Source: Lama guanicoe
Lineage: Eukaryota
Direction: 5' to 3'
DNA: 64,000 bases
Assembly (NCBI GenBank): GCA_013239625.1
Contig: MU053482.1
Location: forward strand, 2,269,168 to 2,333,167
Positions 25,479 to 39,780 of this stretch are shown here, piece by piece. Numbering within the stretch: position 1 is the first letter of the stretch; each line of letters begins with the position of its first letter. The notes below the pieces were generated by a model, which was not told where the DNA came from, did not search any database, and was given only the letters and a program-made list of their open reading frames with translations. The position numbers were made by a program, and so were the translations under genes.

Positions 25479-28239
25479 AAGATTTTCTCCTTTCAGACCC
25501 AGGACAGTAACGTTTCATCTCTGGCAGCAGTTGCTGCTCCCTCTTACATGTGCTAAAGCGAAGTAAGAGGGCAACAATGAGATACAAACAGTTGTTCTTA
25601 TTTGCCAATGCTTTGCAAATTATGCTTGGAAATTTTTTAATTCCTCAGAAAAACCTTAATTAGACCTACTCTTTCAGAAAGAAAACTAACATCCGTTAAA
25701 CTTCTCTAAATATTTCTTGAGTCTAAACTCCACCTAATGCTAACCAAAGATTTATCAGAGACACTGACATCTGAAATGTTTTTAATGCTATTTTAAATGG
25801 TGCTAATTTAGTGATCTGCATTAACTTAATGTCCACAGCACCTGACAGACAAAGCCAACTATGTATGAACTGCTGAGGGAGAGACAAGCTCTATGAGGAG
25901 AAGGATTAGGTCTCTCTTGCTAAAAACTACATCCTATGTGTCTAGCACAGTGCCCAGCATGAAATAGGTGCACGAAAAATACATGCTGCTTGAATAAATG
26001 AAAGATAAATAAAAACACTCCCCACAAGGTTACAATCCTGCAGAGGTATGCGACTTGTAAACAACAGAATGAAATAACAGCTTTAGGAAGGATACTAGCA
26101 ACAAAAAGGAGGAAGGGGTAATCAGCATTAGCTGGCTTTGGACTTTAATCACAATATATATTCAGAAATGTGCAGAGACTGCTGCAAATAAAGAAGTGTG
26201 TATAGGAGGAAAGTGGTATATTTCGTGCCTAATTTAGGGATTCAGAGATACACTTTCCCATGTCCCCATTATTCAGTCCCCTCAACACAGAGCCAAGACA
26301 AGACTGGAGCATAAACATCCTGGCTCTAATTTGGATAGTATGAATGCTGTTCCTTTCATCCTCTCTCATACATCTGCTCCGCCCCGAAGCCATTTCCTCT
26401 GTACTGTCTTCTGTCAGTCTAATGAAAGTTTCCTAATCTTTAGAAGCAGTAGCTTTGGTTCTCTTTGTGTGGAGAAGTACAATACACTCTGATTACATGG
26501 TTATATTCCATACAGATGCCTGGCAACACATCTTATAGCTAGGGGTCTGTTTAATATTTTAACTTTGAGGGACTTATAATTCAACTATTTTGCTAAATAC
26601 CAAAATAGCACTTGACATCACAGAGATGGGCTTTACTTCCTTTTGCTATTTTAAATCCTGCACTTGAGAATGGTGAGTAGTATGGGTTTTCTGGTTCACG
26701 GATTTTGCTTTGGCATTTTTTTTTCCTTTGAGGAACAAAGGGGTTAAGATTTTCAAGGAAGTCTTTCAGGTCTGCAGGTCTAGTACTCATGAAGCAGTTA
26801 TTTCCTCCTAGGTACTCTGTCTATAATATTATGTGGTCATTAAAGGGGCAATGGGGGCTTATTTATGCTACATGATCCAAATAATCCAGTTTTTCTAAGG
26901 CAGGCAACTGGGAAATATGGTTGGCCCAGATGACCTTTAAGTTTTCTAGGTCATGCTTTTTTACATATCATTTCCTTTTTAAAATTTTTTATTTTTAGCT
27001 AAAATAGTATGTTTTGTTGAAACAGCTTAACTTAAATGCTAAAGACAGAAATCACGCTAAAACATTTTTTAAAGAAAATAATTATTAATTGCTAATCCAC
27101 AACCTCAACAAGTACTATTTAATCCAATCCTGCTTTCTCTTCTCCCTAAATTTGAGTAGAACCTCATTTCTAAAGCACCCCATATTCACACTTGAAGTTT
27201 TTCCATAAGCTTTAAGACTTTAGGCCAGTTTTGACATAAAACAACCTCTGAACTGTTATCTCCAGGGGCCCAGCATACCTCAGAATTAGCTATCAGGAGT
27301 GCAAAGGGATGACCTTGTCACTTTCTTTGATTTCCTACTTTCCTCTTTTCCAAGCCCCTCAAAAGGCAAATGGGGCTTACATTCACACAGAGGTAACTAA
27401 GTCAGTAGTATGAATCCTCTTGACCAGTTTCTGCAATCAGTATGTACTAGATCACTAATTCCTAAATCTCCTAACCCTCCAGAATCATATAAGAAGCTTG
27501 TGTGAGAAATACAGATTCTGGCCCCAGTCCCATATCTGCTGAATTAGAATCTCCAAGGTTAAGGAACACCAGGTTAAATTAATTCTAAGATTCTACTTTG
27601 TCAATTCTACATAGGGCAGTTTTCCCTTAGAAGAAAACCCTCTACTACCACACATTCATATAGGCTTCCCAAAAAGCATCAAGCAAGATATTATATGAAC
27701 TGAAAATACCACGTCTGTTTGTAAATAACTTCATGATTTTTGTTTTCCTCAAAACAACCCCTCCAAAGAATAGTTCTTTCTGTTGACTGACTGACAATGA
27801 AAATCTGTAGGAAATTTGACATATACATACACAAAGACAGTAGATATTTTTTCCCTCACAAGCTGAAAATTTTCTGTTGAGATAAAGTAAAGATTTTATT
27901 TATATCCTCACAGAATTTAACGGGGGAAATTAACTTAGTACTCCTAGTAGATATAATCAACTTAAGTTACAGGGTTATTAATAAAGATCTTAAGAACCTA
28001 TCCTTTAAGATATAAATTAATTTTGTCAAGATAGTAAATCTCATTCATTTGGACTTTAGTGATTATTACTTTCTTAAGTGTTTTAATTGGGATTCTAACA
28101 TAAAACTATAAATAAGTTATTAGTTTGTTAAAGTATTCAAGGGATAATGGAACTGAACTACTTCACTTATCCCCTTTATCATAGTAGAATCTATTTCCTG
28201 GCCTGAATACCATATAGTACCTTTCAGTCTCCTCTTCCA

Positions 28240-28345
28240 GGGAAGGGTATATAGTTCAGTGGTACAGTGTCTGCTTAGCATGTAAGAGGTCCTCGGTTCA
28301 ATACCCTGTACCTCGTTAAATAAATAAATCTATTTACCGCCTTCC
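28240..28345 (+). mobile_element. Vic-1-type SINE (more diverged)
   Basis: gggtatatagttcagtggtacag...gaggtcctcggttcaataccc...taaataaataaatc. Confidence 0.8.
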
Positions 28346-28879
28346 AAAGTACGTGAAAGATATAGCACATAAAATCAAGGCTCTTTTTCTACAATCAGCT
28401 TACAAAAAGGTTCAGTTGGACCTAGGTTCATTTCTTTCTTTGTTCTGTGATATTGTTTGGGGTTTTATGCAAAATACCAGGCTATTTAGTGTTTATTTAA
28501 AGAAAGTATTAGGATAGCTTGATTGATAATGTTGGCAGGCTGGACCTGAGAGAGAATGAGATGGGACTGATGCTCTTTAAATGCATAAGAGACAAGAATA
28601 GGCTCAGAAAGACTCACTAAACCTGGAAGGTCTCCTCACTCGTCTGTCTTGCTCAATGGTCCTTTTTCCTTCTCTCAGGGACTTGAAGATAATTTTTGAG
28701 TGGGAGATATTAAAGTCTAAAAATTTACTGATTTGAAATACTAGTTATCAGTCTTTCTTCCAATGGTATCAGCCTTAGGTCTAAGCAAATATCTCTAGAT
28801 TAAAGAATGATTTACCCTTATCATTGAGTTCACTGAATTTTGGCCAATAAGCATCTTTGAAATAAGAACTGTAAGAATA

Positions 28880-29023
28880 GGGGAGGGGAGTATAGCTCAG
28901 GGGTAGAGCACCTGTTTAGCAGGCAGGAGGTCCTGCATTCAATTCCCAGTACCTCCATTAAAATAAATAAATAAACCTAATATCTTCCGCCGCCCAAATA
29001 AAAAATAATAATAAAAAAAATTT
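28880..29023 (+). mobile_element. Vic-1-type SINE
   Basis: tRNA-like head and A-rich tail; 16-bp TSD taagaa(c/t)tgtaagaat at 28863-28878 and 29024-29039. Confidence 0.9.
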
Positions 29024-29526
29024 TAAGAATTGTAAGAATGTAATATCATCTAGTCATTTTCCATATTACTTGCCAAAAAGAACATATAGTAAATTAGAAA
29101 AAATAATTATGTATCTATAACTATTTATTCATTTTTTTATCCATTCAACAAGCATTTGTTAAATATCTGCAAAAAACTGATTTTGATCATGGGGAATTAA
29201 AGACAAATAAGCAGTATAAGAAAACTTAAAATCTAGTGAGGTAGGTATATATAAACAACTTGTCAGAATAAAACAAATGGCATAAAAGAGATAAAGAGGA
29301 GGAAATAAAGGAATCTGCAGAAGCAGTAGAGATTCTTACTGAGAACTGAGGGAAAGAGGGTTGGAACTGAACCTTGAATGATTGATAGAATTTCTATTTC
29401 AAAAATAGGAAAGGGGAGATAATTCAAAACCAAAGGAATTGCCTGAGCTGTGGAAGTGAGATAGTAGCCTTACAGACAACTACTCTCATCTGACTTAAGA
29501 GTAACACAGGCTAAAAAGGTAGATTG

Positions 29527-30105
29527 GATGGAAAACATTTTGGCCATTCTTCAAAAAGTCAAACACAGAATTATCAATGACCCAGCCATTCCATTCCTAG
29601 GTAAATACCCCAAAGATGGAAAACAGATGTTCAAATTANNNNNNNNNNNNNNNNNNNNNNNNNNNNNNNNNNNNNNNNNNNNNNNNNNNNNNNNNNNNNN
29701 NNNNNNNNNNNNNNNNNNNNNNNNNNNNNNNNNNNNNNNNNNNNNNNNNNNNNNNNNNNNNNNNNNNNNNNNNNNNNNNNNNNNNNNNNNNNNNNNNNNN
29801 NNNNNNNNNNNNNNNNNAAAACACTGTGTAAGTGAAAGAAGCCAGACACAAAGGTCACCATATTGTATGATTCCATTTATGTAAACTATCCAAACAGGTA
29901 AATCCATAGAGACAGAAAGAAGTCTAGTGGTGGCTGGGGACCAGGCGAGGGAGAAGTGGGTATAAGGTCTCCTTTGCGGGTGATGAAAATGTTTTGGAAG
30001 TAGACAGAAGCGATGGTTGCACAATATTGTGAATGTAATTAATACCACTGAATCGCACATTTTAAAACGGCTAATTTTTATGTTGTATGAATTCCACCTC
30101 AGTTT
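29527..30105 (+). mobile_element. L1M (L1MB-like) 3' fragment spanning the N gap at 29639-29817
   Basis: ccagccattccattcctaggtaaatacc...gaaagaagccagacacaaaggtcaccatattgtatgattccattt...gatggttgcacaatattgtgaatg. Confidence 0.8.
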
Positions 30106-30131
30106 TTTTTTTTTACAGCAGATTAAGGGTC

Positions 30132-30499
30132 TGTGGTAGATACTACTAGTGCTTACTAATATCCTTCCCAGTCCCCAGAAGTTTCCGTCTCCAGTCACCC
30201 TGTGCTTAGGCAGGGCCATATGACTGTTCTGTGAGCAGGTTGTGAGCAGAAGCGACACATCACTTCCTGGCCAAAGTATCGAAGGATGGGTGAGAGACGT
30301 CAGCCTCTCCGCTCTGCCACGTGGACCCAAAGCCATGTGACACAACAGAGCACACCAGGTCCCTGAAAAAACTAGTGCCTCCCTATTGACCCATGCTGGA
30401 CATGTCATATGAGTAAGAAACAAGCTTTTGCTGTCTGAAGGCACTAAAATTTTAGGGGTTGTTACTATTGCATAAGCTAAGCCTACTCTGACTGATACA
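30132..30499 (+). mobile_element. MLT1-family (ERVL-MaLR) LTR
   Basis: Begins tgtggtag; contains gacacatcacttcctggcc; ends ggggttgttactattgcataagctaagcctactctgactgataca. Confidence 0.7.
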
Positions 30500-33400
30500 G
30501 GGTCAGACCCAGGAAGGCCATGAAAGCAATAGTAAGAAATTTGAATCTTATTCTGAAGGGCATACATAGAGAGACAATATTTTTGAGAAGAGTGGCATGA
30601 TGTGCATCTGAGGAAAGTAATTCTGGATGCAACGTGCTGAGTAACCTAGAAACAAAAGCAGTCCTCAACCTGTGGTGCACATCAGAAATCACCTGAGGAG
30701 AACTGTAATCATCTTCCAATTTCTTTATATTTCTGTAAAAAATAAATAAAGTATTTGTCCTCTGGGGAAAAAAGTCATCTAAGGAGCTTTTCAAAATGCA
30801 ATGGTCTGGTCCAGGGTATCTCTAGATATTCTGAACCAGAATCTCTAGAGGGGGCATCTAGGAACCTATAATTGAAAAAAAAAAAATCCATGGAAAATTC
30901 TAGACTACAGGTTAGAGTCAAGGAGGAGCCAGCTAGTTATGAGATAACCAAATTTACATGCTTAGTGAATTCAAATAAACAGTATGATAAATAACTATTT
31001 TCTTGACAAATGGAATGATAAATGTTTAGGGAGCTCCTGTTAACACAGTGAGTTATTAAAAGGTTAGTCACATTAACATTTGTATGCTGGTACTAAGGAT
31101 TGGAATAAAGAATGTTCATGTATATGCAGGGATTTAATAGTTGTTGTGGGCTTTTTGTTTACTTTAGTTTTGTTTTGATTTTGTTTTTAAAAATATGCCC
31201 TAATGCCAAATCTTACATTTTTTTCTTTTTCCTGTTGAATTGATGCTACATTAAGATATAAGCACAAACATCTCCTAAGTGTTTTAAATCCACCCAATTG
31301 TTTGAGAAGGCATACGTGCTGGGCCAAAGAAGCCAAAACATTAGAGCTAGGAATTTTGATGAAGATAATAATTGCTTACAGACCAGCTTGTTTTAACTTG
31401 CTGAACAAAGAGCACAATTTTATACCACGTTTTCATCACAGGCTTTTTCTCTGCTTAATCATTACTGTACGTAATGAGCACTTTAAAAAGGGAGATTATC
31501 TATAGGTTAAAGAGTAAGGAAGTTATCAATTAGATTCCATCATCTTCAAAATTTCACTTACTCAGACTTTACATTAATTAAAAAAAATTTTTTTTGCTGC
31601 CCTAAGCATTGTTTTGAATCTTTAAAACCCATTTGTTTAATGTGTACAGCATAAATCTAGGAATGAAGATACTGTTAATTTCCAATGCTGCCCTGAATGG
31701 TTCTATAGCCTTGGATAGGTCAATAATTTCTTTGCGCCTTAGTTTATTTCTGGGACATTCCTGTACAGCGATACTGTTCCATCTTTCTCACATCTGAAAG
31801 CTGCATTCAGGCTCTGTGCCTCTGTCAGGAGTTATGCCCTCACTCCTCCCATTCGGTTACTTCCATCTCTTGTAGACCCCATAATTCAATATTCAAGTAA
31901 TATTTATTAAGGGCTTACTCCACAACAGGCAATGCAGTGAGAGTGGGGTGAGTTCAATCCACAAGAGGCAGTGATGCTAGCTTCCTGACTAACAGAAAGG
32001 ATGCCTCAGTCATTCTGCCTGTTTTACCCTGACTGGATTTCCTATTCTTTACTTCCTCTGGAGTATATAGTTGGAAGCCCTGAAAATTAAGGTGGTGTAC
32101 ATTCACAGGATTGGGTTAAGGCACTCACTTGGTAACCAGATGGTTACAGGGCCACGCAGTCCAGGAGTCTACATGGTTTTAAGACAGAGATAAGAAGTCA
32201 TGAAAGGGACCAAAGTCACCAATTCACAGACCAAGAAAACTCTTTGTTCATGGTACTGGTGGTGACTGCAGGTTTGCTGAATCTTTTTGCTCTTCCACCC
32301 CTAGCCTCGAAGGCAGAACTCTCTGGACCTCAGCAAACAATGTCAATTTCTGATTCCCTTAAAGCAGGGAGCCATTCATCTCAGCACATAAGCCTTCAGC
32401 ATCAGCGTGCGAAAGCAGGGTCATGAATTCCAACTAAGTCTGAAAACTTGTAAATGACAGACAGAAAGGGAGGGTGGGAAGTGAGAGACCTATGTTGTCC
32501 GGAAGTATTACAGGGTCAGATTCTAATGGCAGACCTTAAGTCTGAGACTCTAACCCTGGACATGGGCTCATCATTCCCCATCTACCCACGCCGTTGGTGT
32601 TTGTGTGCCAGACTCTTCAACTCTTTTTGTCTCTGATCTGTTTCTTGCCCTGATTCTTCCCACTCAGAGGCCAACTGGATTCTGACCCATGGCCTAGTCC
32701 TGATTTAGGATCACAGATAGGCCCTCAATCTGAAACACCCACGTGGCTCCAGATCCCTGGCCCAGGCCTGATCACAGACTTTATTCTCTTGCCACCTGTT
32801 CTCATGCCGTTTATTTCAGTCCCATCACAGCTTCTGATCCTGCTTCCCTATTCATTGTTGCCTATAGTCTGAGGATGGCTAGAATTTTAGAATCCTTTTT
32901 AGCTCACTCTGGCAGGACTAAGGAAGTAATAATTAGTTTATTTAACAACAGTGTACAGAGAGGACCTAAATTTGCTCACATTTAACCGCAGTATGCACAT
33001 CAAGTTATTATACCTTTCTTGATCTCAAGTTTCTCATGTTTAAATTAGCACACTTGCCACCACATTTCCTCAAAGATATATTTATACTTAATTAAAATAA
33101 CATGCATTCTGGGGTTACAATAAAGCTATAATATGCTCCTGCATTCCTAACTATATAATGAGTATTAAAAACATTTAGAAGCAAATTGGCTCCATAAAAG
33201 GAATAAAAATTTTGAGTAATCTATTTTAAATATAGTATATCTCACTTTACTAAATATTTCTGAAGTGTTACATAAAAATAAAAATATTATAAATGAATTA
33301 AGTACAGCACACTCTTCAGAAGAAACTCAAGGGTCAGTTCTTTTTCTCAGTGAAGGATTTTGGAAATGTTAATAATTGTCCCATAATTTAATAAGTTTTA

Positions 33401-33645
33401 CACATTCAGATATAGTTGCATTAAGTTTTTGGAAAGAGATTTATTTTAACAATCTTATAGGAAAGGAATATTCTAAGTATATTTTATCGGGTAAACTCAG
33501 TTTAAGGCTTTGACTTTTCTGCTAGCGAATTACTAAAACAGACGCATTTTTCTTTTAAAGGCACAAGAATTCTCATCGTGCTGGTATAAAGAGTAGATTC
33601 TAAAGTGTCAGAAAATGTATGCTTCTAAAATTTAAAAGAGTTAAA

Positions 33646-33776
33646 GGGGGAGGTATAGCTCAAGTGGTAGAGTGCATGATTACCATGCATGAGGTCCTGG
33701 GTTCAATCCCCAGTACCTCCTCTAAAAATAATAAATAAATAAACCTAATTACCCCCCACCAAAAAAAATTTTTTTT
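33646..33776 (+). mobile_element. Vic-1-type SINE
   Basis: ggggaggtatagctcaagtggtagag...gaggtcctgggttcaatccccagtacc; TSD aaagagttaaagg at 33635-33647 and 33777-33789. Confidence 0.92.
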
Positions 33777-34295
33777 AAAGAGTTAAAGGAGATTCCTCAT
33801 CTTAATTCCTAGGAGATGCTGTATCTGGAAAGAGTAAACAGAAGCAAATAGTTTCCTGAAATTGTGCCAAGGCTACATGTCAACTGCCTGGCAGGAAATG
33901 CTTTTGGAGGGCCTAGATAAACAGACTATCATCTTTTTCTGGAAAAGTCTTCTCCTTTGACTTCTTACAAAGCAAATGGACTGAGTCTAACTAGCTTCAC
34001 AAACACAATAAGCAGAAAAGGGCAGAGGATTTTTAACTGATAGTATCCATACAGTCTAACAATTCAGTGATCTGTCCTTCACTTTCAACACACATGAACC
34101 TCACTGCTCAGCAAGCATATACTCAATACACGCTTGTTGAAATTTTGTGGTAAATTAAATCTTATCTTTCCATTAATTTTCATCATAATTTTGGTGAAGC
34201 TTTATTCACAAGAAATTTTCCTTAATATTTTAGCTCTTCATATTTTAGCATCAAGAAATGATGAGATTTTCTTGCATTTGTATAGTGTAATATAG

Positions 34296-34812
34296 TGTAA
34301 TAGAAAAGAACAAATCTGATTCCATATTAGATCTGTTCCTTTGGCTCTAACCCTGTGCTCTGTTTCCTAGGCTTAGTCTTGCTGGTTCTGTTTCTTTCAT
34401 AAAAGAATGTTGCCTATAGCCTGAAATATACAGGATAGCCCATTTTCAAGGCTCCAACTTTTAAGGATATTAATACTTTTCCATTCATATAAAGATAACA
34501 AGTTGTAGAATAGAAAATAACTTTTTTTTGTTGGAGGTTTACGGACACCATGACCTGACCCACGTGGACAGCTACAAGAACAAAGAACTCCTACATCAAG
34601 AAGTTTGCAACAACCAAGCATACCCCTCCCCTTTTCAGTGTAAAAGCAGCCTGAATTCTGACTTGGGGAAGATGGTTCTCCAGGACATTAGTTTGCCATC
34701 TTCTCAGTCTGTCAGCCTTCTAAATAAAGTCATTATTCTTTACCCCAACACCTCATCTTCCGATTTACTGGCCTGTCGTGCAGCGAGCAGAATGAGTTTG
34801 GACATGGTAACA
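34296..34812 (+). mobile_element. ERV1-class solo LTR
   Basis: TG...CA termini (tgtaatag...ggtaaca), AATAAA at 34723-34728, near-matching 4-bp TSD atag/acag. Confidence 0.75.
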
Positions 34813-36189
34813 ACAGCGATGACTTTTTCAAAATATTTTACATCCATTCTCTTAATTTTTGTTCTAACATTTCATTTTATAAGAACTAGCACTGATGCTA
34901 AGCTAGCACTTAGCATCTAACATCTCATGAGATATTACAAAAATTAAATCAAAGATTAAGTTAGTCAGAGGACCACACCTAAAACCAATTTGTCTGAAAT
35001 ATTTTCTAGTACATTTCCTTCTGTTCCCACTATGTATCAGATAATGGATCCAAAAATCCAACTATCATATTTACCAAAATAATCCTTCAACCTCACCTCA
35101 CCTTCTTAAACTGCAAAACGGATGATGAGGAACAAGGTGATGACTCAGAACACCTACTATCGGCTAGAGAAGTCCTCGGCCTGTGTACAGTCTAGTCAGC
35201 TTTTTTGCACCTCCACTCTCCAGCAGCTTATCTGTTCTATTTCGCTACAATCCCAATCACCCATCTTCTCTTCCTCTTTTATTACACTGAAAGCACCCTC
35301 TGCCTCACCCATCTTATGCACAATCTGACCCAGTCCACAGAGCAGAGCAAAACTCCCCTGGCCCAAGGGAAAAAGTAATAGGAAATGCGGCATACCTCTC
35401 TACCTGCTGTGCTTCATCCTATAGTCAAGGCACCTCAGATAACAATCTGAGCCACTGCCACTCTGGGATCCTTCTCCATATTCCACAGCCACAAGTCATT
35501 ACTCCCAATATCTACCCAATCTGCTCCTTCCATCCCAAACAAAGTATCTTTGCCTTAGTTACTACTGGTCCTCATGAGAGAAAACAAAATAAAACAAAAC
35601 TTGGTGTGTAGAACATTTTATACTCTCTCCACAAAATGTGAACAGCATGGAGTATGACTGGAAAAAAAGAGTCACAAAACTGAAAGATACAAATATTTGA
35701 GTGTAAATAGTATATTTTAAATGATATAAACACCCTATTATTTCTTAAAATTTTTAATTTATTTCTATTTTTTCTTAAAATAGGGTATACCTATCATTAT
35801 AATTAGGTAAACTTAGTATAGACCAGAAGATAAAGCTGAAGTTTTCTCAAGAACTGGTATAATTCTAACCCTAGAAATCTGGCTTCCTACTCTGCTTATT
35901 AGAGCTTCCTGGAATGGAAATATGTCCAAACATCAATACAGAACACAGGCTTAATAAATGACCACTGAACAAATAAAGAAATATTGATGGAAGGAATAAA
36001 CATAAGTTCCATCCTAAAAGAGTATGTAAAAGTAAACCTTAAGAGTCAAGAGTTCTATTTTAAAAGGTTTAGGAGGGATATACAATGGGAAGAGAACAGG
36101 AAGATCGATATATTAGTTTTTTTTAAGTTGCTGGATCTGTCAAGATATACTGAGTCAGTTTTTAGGACATTAAAACTCCACATCTGAAA

Positions 36190-39100
36190 CACTTCCAGAA
36201 TGATGGAGTGAAGAGGCTGACAAATCATCTCTCCAAAAAGCCACAATAAAACTACACAAAACTGTCAAAACAATCATTTCAGATTTTTTTTTGAAACTAA
36301 CCAGAGGTACAAAACAAATTGAAAAGCATTATTTAAAAAAAACAAAGAACAACAGCAACAACAACAAAAACCCCTACTGAACCTCTGTAAGAAAAGTAGG
36401 AATCTGGGGCAGCAAGAGGCTGTTCCCATTCCCTACCTTCCACCCTGAACTCCAATATGGTGGTTCTATCAGAACTGGACAAGCTCTGCTGCTGGAGGAT
36501 AATGGCTTGATTCGGTGTCCAGGGTATTGCTGGAAACAAGTGATCTTAGAAAGTAAGTGGTAAGCAATCAAAGAAAATCAACATCACAGCTGGCTGAGAC
36601 TGCAGTACTGGCTGGGGCAAGCAATGGGCCAACCAGAAATTTAAGTGAGATCCAGGGAACAAGACAGCCATAGGCGATCTCGATAAGCTCTCACATATCC
36701 TTGGAGGTCTGGAAGGTGTGCCGGTGTCCTGGGTCATGCACTGGCTGAACGTGAAGCCTTGCGTATACAGAAAATAAAAGTCACAGCAGGCTTGACTGAA
36801 CTTTAAATGTGTTCCCTAACTCATACACAGATACCCAGCAAAGGGTAAAGCCACATTAGGCCCAAGATATTTAGGTACAACCTGTTACCGATTATTAGCT
36901 GACCACTAAACTATGCTGACAATTCCTAGGAAGTCAGGCTTAAAAAAAAAACAAGAATTAAAAGAAAAAAGCTGAGGAGAGACATCAGTGGCCACACATC
37001 GCAGGGGAAACAGACTCTACAGACTAAGCCCAGGCAAGTCACTAAACAGCTGACAGACAACAGTAGCAGTGACAACTCCCAGGGAGAGGACAGAGCAGAA
37101 TCCAGAGTTGCTATATTATCTAAAACAGAGGTCAGCAAACTACAGCCCCCAGCCCAATTATGGCCCATTGCCCGTTTTTTCACATAAAGTTGTTCATTCA
37201 TTTGCATATTGTATATGTCTGTTTTCACATCACTGCAGTGGAGTAAGTGGTTACAACACAGACAACATGGTTTGCAAAGCCTAAAATATTTACTGTGCGG
37301 TCCTTCATAGAAAAAGTTTGTTGGCTCCTGACCTAAAATGTTCAGTTTCCAACAACAACAACAAAAATTATCAGACATACTCAAATAAATAGGAAAAGGA
37401 AACCCATATACAGAAAAAGGGCACACTTAACAGAAACTTGCTCTGAGGGGGCCCAAATGTTAGATTTAACAAAGACTTCAAGGCAGCTGTTATGAATATG
37501 TTCAAAGAACTGAAAAAATTAACAAGTTTCTAAAGTATGACAACAACAACTCAATAAAGAATATCAATAAAAAGGGATTATAACACAAACAAACACCAGA
37601 GTTGACAAGCACAACAACTGAAGTGAAAATTCACTAAGGGACTTGACAGTAGATTTGAGACAGCAGAAAAAAGAATCAGTGACCTTGAAGATAGATCAAC
37701 TGAGATTACCATTTAAAGAAAAGGAAAAACAATGATGAAAAATAAACACGTACTAACATATGTGTAAGGGGAGTCTCGGGAAAGAGAGAGAGAAAAGGGG
37801 GCACAAAAAAATACTGAAAGAAATAAACGGCCAAAAACTTCCCAAATTTGAGGAAAAACAACCTGCACACTCAAGAAGTCAATGAACATAAGAATCCACA
37901 AAAAACATACTAGTACTAGTAAATGAGTTCAGTAAGGTCACAGGATACAATATCAAAATGCAAAAATTAACTAATTTCGATATACTAGTACATAATCTGA
38001 AAATGAAATCAAGAAAACAATTCCATTCCCAATGACATAAAAAATTAAGCATTTCTACATTTGTTAAAAGAAGTGCAAGAGTACACTATTTACTATATAA
38101 CATTTCTGAAAAAACCTGAAAAAAACTGAAATAGAGATATTCCATTTTCATGAATTCAGAAACTCAGTGTTGTTAAGATTACAATTATCCTCAAATTCAT
38201 CTATAGATTCAGTCTAATCCCTACCAAAATTCTAATAATCATTATGCATAAGTCGATGAGCTGAATTTAAATTTTGTGGAAATACAAATGTCCTAGAATA
38301 CTAAAACAATTTTGAAAATTAAGAACATAGTTGACAGACTTATGGTTCCCAATTTCCAAACTTACTAGAAAGCTATAATAACTAAGACAGTATGGCATAA
38401 GGACATAGATCAATGGAACAGAATTAAAAGTCCCCAAATTAACCCTTATGTTTACAGTCAATTGATATTTAACAAAAGTGCCAAAGCAATTTACTGAGAA
38501 AAGGATAGTCTTTTTGACAAATGGTACTAAGATAATGGGACATCTGCATGTAAAGAGAAGAATTAAGACCCTTCCCTCATAACACACACAAACCAAAGCA
38601 AAACGGCATGAACCTAAATGTAAAAACTAAAATATAAAACTTTTAGAAGAAAATATCCGAAAAAAAAATTCATGACCTTGGTTAGACAAAGATATATTTA
38701 GATATGACACCAAAAGTATAATCCATAAAGGAAAAAAAATGAATAAATGGACTTCATCAAAATTTAAGATGTTTGTGTTTCAAAACACTATTATGAAAAT
38801 GAAAGCCATGACACAGACTGGGAGAAAACAGAAATCATACATCTGATAAAGAATTCATGTTCAGAATAAGAACTCATATAACTTGATTTAAAAAAATTTT
38901 TTTAATAAAAAATTAAACAAATTTTAAATGAGGCAGAAGGTTTGGACAGACATTTCGTGAAAAGAAATAGAAATAGCTAATAACTACAACAAAACATGCT
39001 CAACATCATTAGCCATTAAGGAAATGAAAATTAAAATCACAATGACATACTACTTCACACCCATAAGAATGACTATAATCAAAAAGACAATAAAAAGCAT

Positions 39101-39780
39101 TGGAGAGGATGTAGAAAAACTGGAAACTTCATACACGGCTTGTGGAAATGTAAAATGGTACAGCTATTCTGGAAAACAGTTCGGTAGTTTCTTAAAATGT
39201 TAAGCATAAATTTATCATACCACCCAAAAATTTCACTCCTAAGTATCTCCCCAAGAGAAATGAAAACCTGTATCCACACAAAGTGTCACACCCAATNNNN
39301 NNNNNNNNNNNNNNNNNNNNNNNNNNNNNNNNNNNNNNNNNNNNNNNNNNNNNNNNNNNNNNNNNNNNNNNNNNNNNNNNNNNNNNNNNNNNNNNNNNNN
39401 NNNNNNNNNNNNNNNNNNNNNNNNNNNNNNNNNNNNNNNNNNNNNNNNNNNNNNNNNNNNNNNNNNNNNNNNNNNNNNNNNNNNNNNNNNNNNNNNNNNN
39501 NNNNNNNNNNNTGCATGATTCATTTACATGAACTGGGTAGAAAATGTAAATTTACAGAAGTGGCAAGAACAGTGGTCGCCTGGGTCTAGGGTGGGAGCCA
39601 AGACTGACGGCATGTGGTGGGCACTAGGGATCTTTTCCAGGTCATGAAAATGTTCCTAAACCAGATTGTGGTGATATATACATAATTCCATAAAATAACT
39701 AAAATTGATTCAATTGTATACTTACACAAGGTGAAATTTATGATATGTATGTAAATTATACTGCAATAAAGTTGTTTTTT
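36190..39780 (+). mobile_element. old L1M element (5' region, ORF1 remnant, internally deleted ORF2, 3'UTR); N gap at 39297-39511
   Basis: ORF1-like segment at 37430-37880; ORF2-like segments (aatgagttcagtaaggtcacaggatacaa...gatcaatggaacagaatt...ggacttcatcaaaattt); 3'UTR ending aataaagttg; many stops. Confidence 0.85.
37126..37330 (+). mobile_element. MER58A-like hAT-Charlie MITE inserted into the L1
   Basis: TIRs cagaggtcagcaaact / agtttgttggctcctg; 8-bp TSD atctaaaa/acctaaaa. Confidence 0.85.

Noticed and set aside
29551-30567. 338-aa minus-strand ORF
   Set aside because: Artefact of running through an N gap and antisense L1/MLT1 repeat sequence.
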